NCBI GenBank assembly: GCA_051362555.1
Contig: CM120641.1
Coordinates: 7,874,001-7,938,000, forward strand
DNA: 64,000 bases
Reading direction: 5' to 3'
Source of the DNA: Lingula anatina
Lineage: Eukaryota > Animalia > Brachiopoda
Shown: positions 1 through 11,500 of the stretch, piece after piece
Layout: each line of letters starts with the position of its first letter
Position numbering within the stretch: the stretch's first letter is position 1
Program-made: the position numbers and the translations under genes
Notes under the pieces: generated by a model
What the model was told of the DNA's origin: nothing
What the model saw: only the letters and a program-made list of their open reading frames with translations
Databases searched by the model: none

Positions 1-1263
1 CAATATTTCAAAATTACGCTACTTAGAATATCACCTTCGGAAAAAGGAAAAGGTAATTGTATGATTTGCATTCTGCTGATAGCTTTACAACCATCACTTA
101 CAATGTGTTATGACGGAAATGTCTGCTCTCTATTTTCTCTTCATATTTTTATTTAAGTTGCTGGTGTTTCACAGGTAGTTCTTATTGGCACCATATCTAA
201 GCATCAATTTCTGAAAAAGTTTTTGTTATATTATCCGAAACTAAAAGGAGATGCATAAAAAGCATTGGTGGATAGACATAGATTACCAAAAGGTTGACAT
301 GGACTAGCCTAGAGTCTTGTATCGGAAAAAACAATCAAATCTTTAACTCAAACGAATTACAAATTAATATCAAAGCTCCTTGTGTATTGGCTCAAAAAGA
401 TTCCCAGAAAATCCAATACTCCAATACAACGCTGATCTTACCTTTGCTCGTATCTGCTTCAAACGCTTTTCTGTTCTGTCAACCCAACGTGAATCTGCGC
501 AGGTCTGCAGTCGAAATGAACAAATCGGAAAAATCTCATGCATACTTATTTGCGAAGCATGTCACATACTCAATACTGGGAATCCTTAAGCGAGACGGCA
601 GAGGGTGTTTCAGATGATGTCACAAGCGCCAGATTGACAACTTATTCGATAGTTTTCACGTGGTCTGTAAAATAATTATGATAAAATCAGTGGCGCGTCA
701 GTGAGTGGAACAGAGAGCATAAAAAGGTGAACAGAAGATGCATGTACATTACTTATATTATTCCTTGCCTCCTTCAATACATTCAGATTTACTTTATCCG
801 ACCCATCCGAAAATTTGTTCGTCTGGCTGTCCATCTGTGCTTATCTGCCTTTATCAGTAATCTAGTGATGTACCACTCCTTTTTCATAAAGGAGACAGTT
901 TCAAATCAAATTTCTGTGCGACCAGACACTTTCATTGCAATACCATTACCAGAATGTCTGAATGTCACTTTCAGTATTTTAGTAGGTTAGCGCTCGATTT
1001 CCTATAGGCTTCAGATATGAAGTAAAAGTTGACAATCGACGCTTTCCTATATCTTTCCGAAAAAAAAACACCACCTGGACGTGCTGCATGACGCTCAAGC
1101 TCAAAATAATTTTAAACGACAGAACCATTAAACAGATTGATTCATTTGGCACATTGCACTTTAACTCTAAATACAGAATCCAAAAAGAACTGAATATAAA
1201 ATGTCGTGCTTCACAGCGTGAGTAAATAATAGACCAACTCGTCAAAAATGCTACTTTAATATT

Positions 1264-1265
<2 letters not shown>

Positions 1266-1305
<40 letters not shown>
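1266..1305 (+). repeat. Poly(A) tract (~40 nt)
   Basis: Uninterrupted A run. Confidence 0.95.
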
Positions 1306-1307
<2 letters not shown>

Positions 1308-1610
1308 TTGCTTCATTTTAATATTCCGTATGTTAAAGTGATAATAACTCTTCGTTTCGGCCAAAAAATGAATTTTCCTGGAGTAAACAACAATTTTCTC
1401 ATACTTACCAATGGTAAATGAATCTATTTTTACATTCAAAGTTAGTCCCTGGTTTTTTTCTAAAAAGTTTGGTTTTTTGTTAAAATCTCTTAAGAGATTT
1501 TAACAGAGTATATCCATCAATGGAGGTCACATGGTCTAAAGACAAGCTCAGATATCAGAATAATAGCTATAACTGCCGTTTTTGTGGTAAAATGGAATAT
1601 ATTATATTTC

Positions 1611-1743
1611 TATGAGTTATTCACAATGTTTTTATTGTGAAATATATATCTCATATATATATATATATATGAGATATATATTTCACAATAAAAACATTGT
1701 GAATAACTCATAATGTTTTTATTGTGAAATATATATCTCATAT
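1611..1743. repeat. 102-bp perfect palindrome centred on (AT)n plus a third, direct partial copy of the arm
   Basis: 1611-1712 is its own reverse complement; 1713-1743 repeats atgtttttattgtgaaatatatatctcatat again in forward orientation. Confidence 0.95.
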
Positions 1744-4700
1744 GAAGAGTTATTATCCCTTTAAGAACGACATGCAATCAATACAAATTAAAGAAAAAAT
1801 GCAAGTAAATGAAAAATCGAATTTTCCTAAAAGGTCTATCTAAACTGAGAAATAATCAGCGTTTGACGTGTATCTGGGGAATTGAGGATATGAAGTTTCT
1901 TCCTAGAGAGCAGACATGTTAAGGATGCAGTCATTAATACGCTCCAGCGCGTGGGTCGCACAAAGCAAACCAGGACAAGAACTCCTTTGGCATTAGGGGG
2001 CGAAAATGTCGTACGATGTCCGTGAGTCTTTTCATATTGTGTTATTAAGCACGCCCCGATCGATTAACTCATATTTTAGATAATTGATATTTTGTGAGGA
2101 ATTCTCTTGGGGTCTTAAAATCATGCCAAGTCTTTATTAAAGTCTTTGAGAAGCTTTGTTGAATATAGGAAATTAACGTCATTCCAACCGGAACAAACAC
2201 GTTGGATTTTGTAATGAAATGAAAAGAAGCACGGTTACTTTTCAGAAAAGCAATTGTTTAAGTCTTGAATCAGTAACAGTGTTCCAAGAAACAAAGAAAA
2301 AACTAACGCGAGTCTCCAATCAGCCCATAGTGTAAACCAGCAATTCTCATAACGCTGATGGTCTTCCTAAATGAGTGATTTTTCAACATGCTCACATGAA
2401 AGTCAACCCCAATCAGAAGCACAAACTGTTTTTGACATTAATGTAAAAAACTGCTGTGTTTTCTACCCCTGGGATCTTAAAACCGAAAGTAATTTTCACG
2501 GAAATGCATTTTTTCTTTCTGAATGTGGACATTTATGCATTTTATATGCACCATGGCTTATTTGCCTTTGAATGAAACGCGACATTGGAAAGAGAGGGAG
2601 ACAGAGAATGACCGATGATGATTTTTACCTACCGCATTAGTGTAGATCTCTTATGTATATTTTTAGGTTGAAATAGAATACCTGAATCACATAAGTACAT
2701 TAGTTAGCGAAGTCGCTTCCCCTAAAAGCCTGCTAATGTTGGTTATCCCGTTTGGAGATCCCGTTTAACTTTAAAAACTGTTTCTTCCAAGGCTACCATA
2801 AATAGTAAAACTAGCAACGTACGGCAGTAACACAGAACATGAAAACGGTTCGAGATTTTTATCTTTCTCGTCTCAAAACAAAACAAAACCATTATTTGAT
2901 ATGTTCACATGTCGTTGCCGTTCTGTAACCTTTTCACACTCATTTCAGAGAAAATTATGATCGATGCACCTTACCCTAAGAAAGCGAAGACAGACAGACA
3001 ATGATATCTGAGCCACCACACGTGGCACGTGGGTGAAGTTAATTAGGCTGCTGTTGTAACAGTATGCTGAGTGTTTAATTGTACCTTGTTCAAATGTGTG
3101 ATATTTTTCAGCTGTCAGATCTAAACTAGATACTTGTTTTCGCAATAAGACCAGGGTAATTATATTAATGGATTTTCTGAAAACAATTCAGCATTGCTAC
3201 CATATCAGTAGATGACGGACGGAAAGCAATCTATTGGAATAGATGTCACAGAAAGTCACAGGAAGTATTTCTACATTAACATTTCGATCAAAATATTGCT
3301 TCGCTGGCTGCTTGTTATGTGCTTTCACTCATCTAGTTAAATTTTATACTGTCTCGTACAATTGTGCTGCTGCACTAAATTATATGTAAGTTTGTTAAGA
3401 TACTTCTTGGTATATTACCACTTCATAGGATAAATAACCACCTGATCTTACCGACAAATCGACTTCATAGATTGTTATCAAACAAAACTAGCAAAGAAAT
3501 ACAGAGAAAGTCCAGCTCACCATTCATTTTATGCTAAAAGGAGAAAGAAAAAATCCTCCGGTTATGAAATTTTAAATAAATGTGGAAATCATGCAATTAT
3601 AAGCTTATTTTGGAAGTACCTATTTGAGTATGGAGGAATGATGATGACAAAATCTTGCAACATTACATAAAGAAAGACATTCGTACTCGGCACCATGTAG
3701 CAGAGACGCGCTGACGAGAGAAAAAAAAGGAAAAAATCGTCTCTGTTCTGCTGAACAGTTTCATGAATATCAGCAAGGCATCGCTCTGAGACAAATAGAA
3801 AGCGACAGAAAATCGATGCTAGAAGTCACCAATAACATATCTGAAGTCCACAACACAATTTCGAATTCTTACTCTTGATTTCACCAATTTGATGAATGAC
3901 TGACTCGACGAAATGACAACATTAGCGTAACCTACTGGGACTGAGACTCAATTTAGAGGGCAATCAGTTAGGCAAGCGCGCTCAATTAATTGCGTAATGA
4001 GTCAAAAGCAGAAAAAATGGGTCTGAAAAAGCATCTGAATAGATAAATAACTAGATAAATAAATGAAAGAATCAATTCTATCTCACACTGGTATCTTCGG
4101 TCAGCCACGTATCGCTTGATAGCATGAAACAAATAAAAGGAAAGTGCTGTGATCAAAATATTCCCGTTTGCGTCCAATACATATGTTCATACAAGTTTAA
4201 ATTGTTTTAGGTAAATGTTCAAAATGTGTCCCGTGACACAATGCAAATGTCAACAAGAATAATGCCAAAGGTACAGACAACAGTACAAGATAAGCAACAT
4301 AATAAGAATATTATATATTATATATTATAGATATAAGATAACGACCAAGGAAAATCACATATTTTTTAATTAAGAAATATTCCAGTAATCTGTACCAGTG
4401 CCTTTAACATCTGTTACATGCAGTAATGCACTCCGCCCCCTCCTGCTCAACCATCTTTGAATCCGCCTCTGCATGTTGTGCTTATCTTTTTTAAATAAAC
4501 ATTTCACATCGTACAACCAATGTTGGGTGTACAGCAGAAATGGTCTACCGGCCCATGGGACTCGTTTGTCCATTGCCATCTCCATGACATTGTCAGTAGT
4601 TATCGCTAATGTTTCTGCAAATATGTTTTAAACAAGATAATCAAAGTCAAATAAGAAAAATTTTATTATGGGTATTGTGAGATATTATCCTATTTTGATT

Positions 4701-5170
4701 TAGAGTAACTGAGATTCTACTGTCATTTTGGTGTTAAACTTCGCACATTGCTGCTGACTTTGGTAATTATAATCTATCTGAGGTTTCTGTGTGTGTCATC
4801 ATGTCGGCTGTTTTTTTTTTCAAAATGATAGGTATCATTACACTTGATTCTATACTTTAACTGATATTTATACCCTAGCACTATATTAGTGGGACCCAAA
4901 TAAAAGAGACATTCAGTGTAATCGATAATAGACATATTTCCATTCGTGTTTTATTAAGTTAACAGTAGTCTGCCTTTTATATAGAAAGGTACGTCAGAAC
5001 GTAGCATTAGTACTGCGTATATGTATAACTGATGATAGCACATATATATTTGTAGTTTATGCAAGCTAATTGACAACCGGCTAGACAGAGATACACAATT
5101 GCATTTGAAAAAAAAAAAATTTTAAACTTTCCACTGGAGATCACAATTAATTAAAAAAAGTTTATACAAA

Positions 5171-5656
5171 TTAATTTGATAACACATTTGTACAGCCATC
5201 AACATTAATAGTGTCTGCAACGCAACAGGCAATGCTGTCCACAAGTACAACCAAACTGTTCTTGGGTATTCTGGGCCACGCTTGGGTAAAGGCCTGAGCC
5301 AATTCCTGAAAACTGGTTGATGCTGGATCTCCTCTTTGGACTGCCCTGCCCATTATGGGGTTCACATTTGGGGTTTAAGATGTTTGTTCCACGAGCAGAA
5401 TGTGGTTCTGGTGGATGAAACCCCTCAACTGGAGAGAAGAGTGAGATGTTGCGTTCTCGTGTTGCAGATGGAATTTGTTCTGGAGCATTCTTTGACCGAA
5501 TGGTACCAAATAGTTTTGGAGGATGTATCTGCACATTACGTTTTGGATCAGCGGACCCAACACGTGGACAGCATTGAAGCAAAATGCTTCCCAATGTACA
5601 ACTTCCGGCAGCCACGGTTTCTTAATCATTCTGCAGAAGAAATCATTTTCTGACAA
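5171..5656 (-). pseudogene. Degenerate Tc1-like DDE transposase remnant (C-terminal part)
   Basis: Minus-strand translation VVHWEAF...YILQNYLVPF...FHLQHENATSH...FIHQNHILL...*TPNVNPI...LAQAFTQAWPRIP...LVDSI resembles Tc1 motifs VMVWGA, FQQDNARPH, SPDLNPIE and W..IP...LI.SM; it contains a stop and has lost catalytic residues. Confidence 0.7.
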
Positions 5657-7406
5657 GACAATGTCAGCTAGTACGAACTTTTGCTCAATATTGCGAACAA
5701 GACAATCATATCGCCCAGCAACGAAACTATCACCTTTATTATAGAACCACCATCCAGTATTATGTGCTCACATTTGACCTAGGTAATGCCAAATGGTCAG
5801 TGAATCCTACAGGAGAGAAAACGGGTAAAATACCCCCATATACAGAGCAAATGGTTTATGGACGGTGTGACAACCTGTTTGTTTAAGCAATAGTGTGTAA
5901 TTGTCAAAACAGTTCTGAAATGAAACTTATCACAACATATTGACTCGTTGAACTAATACAGAATATCAATACAATAATTATATACGGTGGCTTTTGTCAG
6001 TGGGAGGCTAAAACTGTCCAAACTCAAAGTTGGCAAAGCTTTTGTGCTTACTTTTGAGACGCAGTGTTTAAAGATTCTTTGGGAATCACTACTCAGTCGG
6101 CTAAATCCTGTAACTGACTGACCAGGGTCTGACATCTATCGGTAGAAATATGTACAGTCATGCTATTAAGACTGGTTTGCTCTTTCCCTGTTCATGTTAC
6201 GTATCCAGGCAAGAATTAAGTAAAACAGAGTTCCCGCATTCCGCATGATAACTTGCGTGAAGGAGAAGAGTGAGATCAGAAATAAAGGCAGACTGGAGAA
6301 TACAAGCTAACAGAGTTTACATCGGATGTCTTTCTGGGCCCGGTTTCGTCAATGTATAAATACTATCCATGGTATCCTCTGGATAGTTATTCTCTGTATA
6401 AATTTGTGTTTGACAAAGGTTGTGTAAACGGCATGATAGCAGATTTATCCCACCTATTTTGAGTGGACAACTGTATCCTCTGGATAAGCTGATTTATCCC
6501 CTTGATAACGCTGTCCACTTTTGTTTATGTCACTTGTACGGTTTGAACTGGGAAAGATGAGTAACTTTGCAGGATATTTAGCCAAAATATTACTTTGGGA
6601 CATTTAAAAAAGCAAATTAAAGCAGTACGAAATAACCATGTTTTGTGCGTCACTTTTGCGTAGCTTTCTGAAACGGGATTCTTAACGCCTAGTTTTACCT
6701 TTATTGGTTCAAAGTGAACATTAGGATTCTCGCCCCTTTTTCTAACCTTGTATGACGGTTAATATTGGATTACCTAGTTGGCACCTGGAGTGCAACTTGT
6801 CATAGGGCCTTGGATTTATCATTTAACATCATTTTTTGTGACTGTCACATTGTGTTTAGACCCCATTCCCATAGACACCATATGTATACATAAATCGATT
6901 CAACTCCAAATCAGCCCCGAGGCCTCATTGCGAACAGGGGACTATCAGATCATCGGGTCAAATATGGCTGATCCACTTGAATACTTGTTGTGTAATCCCT
7001 GCAGGAAATCAATTCAGTGTCTAATCCTGAATTAAGCAGCAAGTTTTTTGTGGGTTGCCATATTTGATCTGGGGATCTGTTAGCCCACTGTTCTGAATAT
7101 GCTCTAAGAAACAAACACAAAATCACCAAAGGTACTATGAAAGCAGATAAATATTTTATTCCTAAATTACTGGTATCCAATTCATGCTTCAGATTGTGCC
7201 CGCTTGGAAAGAAGCTAATAAACTTGACAACTAAACAGTCGCCCAGCATTATGCACACCTTGTAGAACTACATACTTTATTTTGGGAAGGTTTTCAAGTT
7301 TGTCTTGGAGTAGTTCAATTTTAATCTCTGTCCAGAGCAGAAGAAACTGTCTGGCACTTTTTAAAAAATTGTTCATGAAACTAAACCACACTGCAACACA
7401 AACATA

Positions 7407-7502
7407 TGGCATGGAATATTTTTTACCTACTCTATTTCTATATTCTTTGGAGAATGGCATGGAATATTTTTTACCTACTCTATTCATATCTTCTTTGGAG
7501 AA
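7407..7502. repeat. 48-bp tandem duplication (2 copies)
   Basis: atggcatggaatattttttacctactctatt...ttctttggaga occurs twice. Confidence 0.9.
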
Positions 7503-8528
7503 ATAAGAAAACACTTCCCAAACTCAGTCACATTGCAATAATTATATTAAAATATTAGTGAAATGAAAAGAATTTGTATACAATGTCATTTCCCCTTCCC
7601 TTAACTCAGTCTTATTATATTTGTTACATCAACAATTCACAATATCTTTATCAGTAACTGTTATACAAGTATACACTTTAAGACAAAGAAGCACACATTA
7701 ACGGCACATCTGTGCTATGCTAGTACTTAAGATGTGTTAAGTTTTATAATAATATATGGCTTAAAATGAGATGATAACTATACAATGGATTGGAGCACAT
7801 ACACCTAGCAGATGAAAAAATGACAGTTTAACTGACCTCATTATCCTTTTTCACAATAAGAATAATACTATTAATATTAATAATGATAAAAATAATGCTA
7901 TTAATAATATCAGGTGACAAAATATATAGTATAAGTGTTGTAGACATACTTCCTAAATTTGGTTATGGCATGCCAATCAGGGGCAGATGCAGCTGTCCAA
8001 TTTGACAACTTTCTTTCCAGACTAACCTCCAGACAATACAGAACTTAAATCGACTATTTGGTGTTATTTCTCTACAGGAAAATTCCTACCATCTTCGGAA
8101 GTAGCTAGAAGAATGTCTAACCCTGCCCGTGCTTATTTTTATTGCAAGCCTTGCTTACAACGTGAATCTCTCTGTCTCCCTCCCTTGAACACTTAAATAT
8201 TCTCTGTGGTACATAAAGCATGAAGGCAAATGAATTTTTCTTTCTTTTTAAAACAATCTGTTCACAGCATTTTCAACTCAAACCTCAAGTACAGATCCTT
8301 TTTAAATTGTTACTCAAAATTTTGGTTATGAGAAAGATGAAGCAAACAGTCTTCATGGTAACATTAACAAGTTATATGTACTGAGGTCCTAAGCTGTGAT
8401 TTGTTTATAAATATGTGTATTCTTGTTTTAAAAAGAAAGGTTTGTAAGTCAAAGACTACAGCTCCACTTAATGATGTTTTTTCGCCTTTCTGTCACCTTT
8501 GTTCCAGCCCCACTCCCCTTGCCTGGTC

Positions 8529-11500
8529 TCATAAAAATGGGTTGTAGCCTTGAGACTGCATCCCCATTCCCACAGGTTGCTGTGGTGGGGGGCCTCCCAT
8601 GGGCATCAGGGGTTGGGGAAGTAAGGTAGAGTTTGTGGCCTGGGTGAAGCCCATGCTGTTGGAGGTCTGCATTTGCCCCATTGGGACCCTCACTGGCGGT
8701 GCATGCACACCAAATGGATCAGGAGTTCCTCCAATTCCATTTGTAGCAAAAGGGTTGGTTGTGCCTGAAAGAGAGCGAAATCCATCTCTCAAATGGTGTA
8801 TTAAGACTAGAAGAATAAGTAGACCAAATTTTTAATTGTTATGAAAAATGTAAAGATCAATATTACTTAAAATGCCATGTGAGTTGTTTAAAACCAGTTT
8901 CAGACAATTTTTTCTCTCATTTTGACATTTTTTAAAAAATGGTTCTACCTCCCCTTTCAATTTTTGGGTGTACTGTTTAAATATTTAGTAGCACTGACAA
9001 TTTCCTAAAATGGCTACTGAAAAGAACTTATGATCATTGTGTGGTAAAATAACAGTTGCCATTGCTTACCATAGGGATTTCCCTCTGGCTTAGCTATCAA
9101 AGCATCAAGATTGACCAAGCTCGAGTTTGCACCCAGAAAATCTTCTGGTTTCTTCTTTTTATCTTGTTGTGGTGGTAGAGCTGAGTTTAAGCTCCCTAAA
9201 TTAAACAGATCATCTGAATCTGAAAGGAAAATGTATAAAAATCATAACAACGTAACACCAAGCAAGCATTCTGACAGTGTGAAATGAGAAGAATATAATT
9301 ATCATTTCCCCTAAGCTTTATGGAATACATAACTTACAACCGTTACAACCAAAAAGTAGAAATGAATGCCCTTACAAAATCAAACAAAAGAATTATTACA
9401 TGGCTTGTTGACATGATGAACAGGTTTATACAGATACATTTTACATATCTGATTCCTTGTGGGCCTGTACAACATGTCAAAAGATATCACAAGTTTATAT
9501 TTCACTCATTTCTCACTTAATTAGAGAGAACATAATTCATAATCTCAAGCAAAACAAGTTTCATGATGATAACTGTTTTTCTGTGTTGAGCACTGCATTT
9601 GTCCACCATTGCAGTCAAACATATTCATCTTACATAACAGCCACAAAGACCCAATTTCCAAAACCTGTCAAAATAATCCCTACCTCCCAACAAGCTCCCA
9701 GATGCTTGAGAGGTGCTGGTGGTGGTGGTATCTGAAGATGGAGCAGCTGTGGTTCTAGAGCTAAGAATGTCAAACTCATCGTCCAGTGTGTGAGAGGGTG
9801 TGGCACTACTCCCAAAGGGATCCACACCAGCACCACTTGAGGGAGAAGCTGGAGCACCCCAGATATCTTTGGATGCAGGCACAGGGGCAGCGGCTGTTGA
9901 TATGGGTGCACCCCATGGGTCATGTGCTGAATGGATGAATAATCAAATGAACTTAACCTCTGTTTACACTAGTGGTTTTAAACCATTTTGTTTATCACAA
10001 GATGGATATGATGTAAATTCAAGCACACTGCATGGGTTGGTCTTCATAATACTACATTTGAAACAGAAATTGCTCATGCCAGTACTAGTACACTTGTTTT
10101 CTTTAAACAATGTTGGCAGTGTGGTGAAATTTACAATGACTGACAAGCTACAGAAGTAACTGTATGTTGTATGTGTACTTTTTACTGGCTAGAAACATTA
10201 AAAACCACAAACACTTGCAAAGATATAAAGACGCATTACCTTTCCATAGTAAGTAAATATTTAACAAGGCAGCAAAGCTGTCAAATGTACAGACAAAATA
10301 ACAGAAAAAAGGATGCAAAAGAGGTCATTTTGCCAATTTTGATGCAATAATAAACAAGCCCGTGGAACTTCAAAGTCACACTTTGAAAATGCCAATATGT
10401 GAAACCGTTTAACTGGCAGTAAGAATTACCAAACAGACTGCATTGCCTACTGAAGCTGTATTTTAGTCCCATGTTTCTTTCCTGTAAGTTTGAGAACAGT
10501 AAGTGACATGCTTTTTCTTAAATGGTCATCATGGGAGCAGTGCCCAAAATAGTTTTTTTTTTAAATTTTGATGCAATATTACATAATGTTTAACAGCATA
10601 ATGACCATCAATTTTAATAATAAAATATTAGTTTCATGGATATTCAGAAAATGTGACTAGCAAAGGTCTTCAGGCCCATGGAACTTCAAAGTCACAACTT
10701 GAAAATGCCAAAATGTAAACAAAGACGGCACTGTTCTGAAATGTTTTTTTTTTTTTCATTTTTAACAATTTTTTAACATAAAACAAAATAAACAGTTTAC
10801 TGCAATTTTTATATGATCAACTAAGAAAATTGATGAGATGGGAAAAATATCAATAGAATAGTGTTAAATGTCCAATTTCCTCCATTCTGAGATTCTGAAC
10901 ATAGTGAATGATTGAATCTCACAAACTGCAATGATATGAGTTTATTTCCATTTTTGACACTTTATTACACAATACACGATAACAAGTTTACCATCATTTT
11001 TACATAATCAACTAATAATGTTGTAAAGATGCAGGAAATGTCAACCAAACACTTTTACATGTCTTATTAGTTAAATAATGAGACTGTTAACATGCCTAAG
11101 AATTGAATCTGAGGAAATGTGAAACAAGACAGCACTGTTCTGACATGGGTTTATTTCCATTTTTAACACTTTTTTAACATAAAACAAAATAAACAGTTTA
11201 CTACAATTTTTATATGATCAACTAAGAAAATTGATGAGATGGGAAAAATATCAATAGAATAGTGTTAAATGTCCAATTTCCTCCATTCTGAGATTCTGAA
11301 CATAGTTAATGATTGAATCTGACAAACTGCAATGATATGAGTTTATTTCCATTTTTGACACTTTATTACACAATACACGATAACAAGTTTACCATCATTT
11401 TTACATAATCAACTAACAATGGTGTAAAGATGCAGGAAATGTCAAACAAACACTTTTATGTATCTTATTAGTAAAACAATAAGACTGTTAACATGCCTAA

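Noticed and set aside
294-1439. Several 60-107 aa ORFs at the left end
   Set aside because: Mostly non-ATG starts or low complexity, with no recognisable motifs or splice support.
1945-6680. Harbinger-like end fragments at ~1950-2170 and ~6336-6680 (also ~22190-22331 and ~55860)
   Set aside because: The TIR matches are too short or degenerate to define boundaries without a repeat library.
6778-7514. Cluster of overlapping ORFs downstream of epsin
   Set aside because: No recognisable domain; partly produced by the 48-bp duplication; may be unidentifiable decayed repeat.
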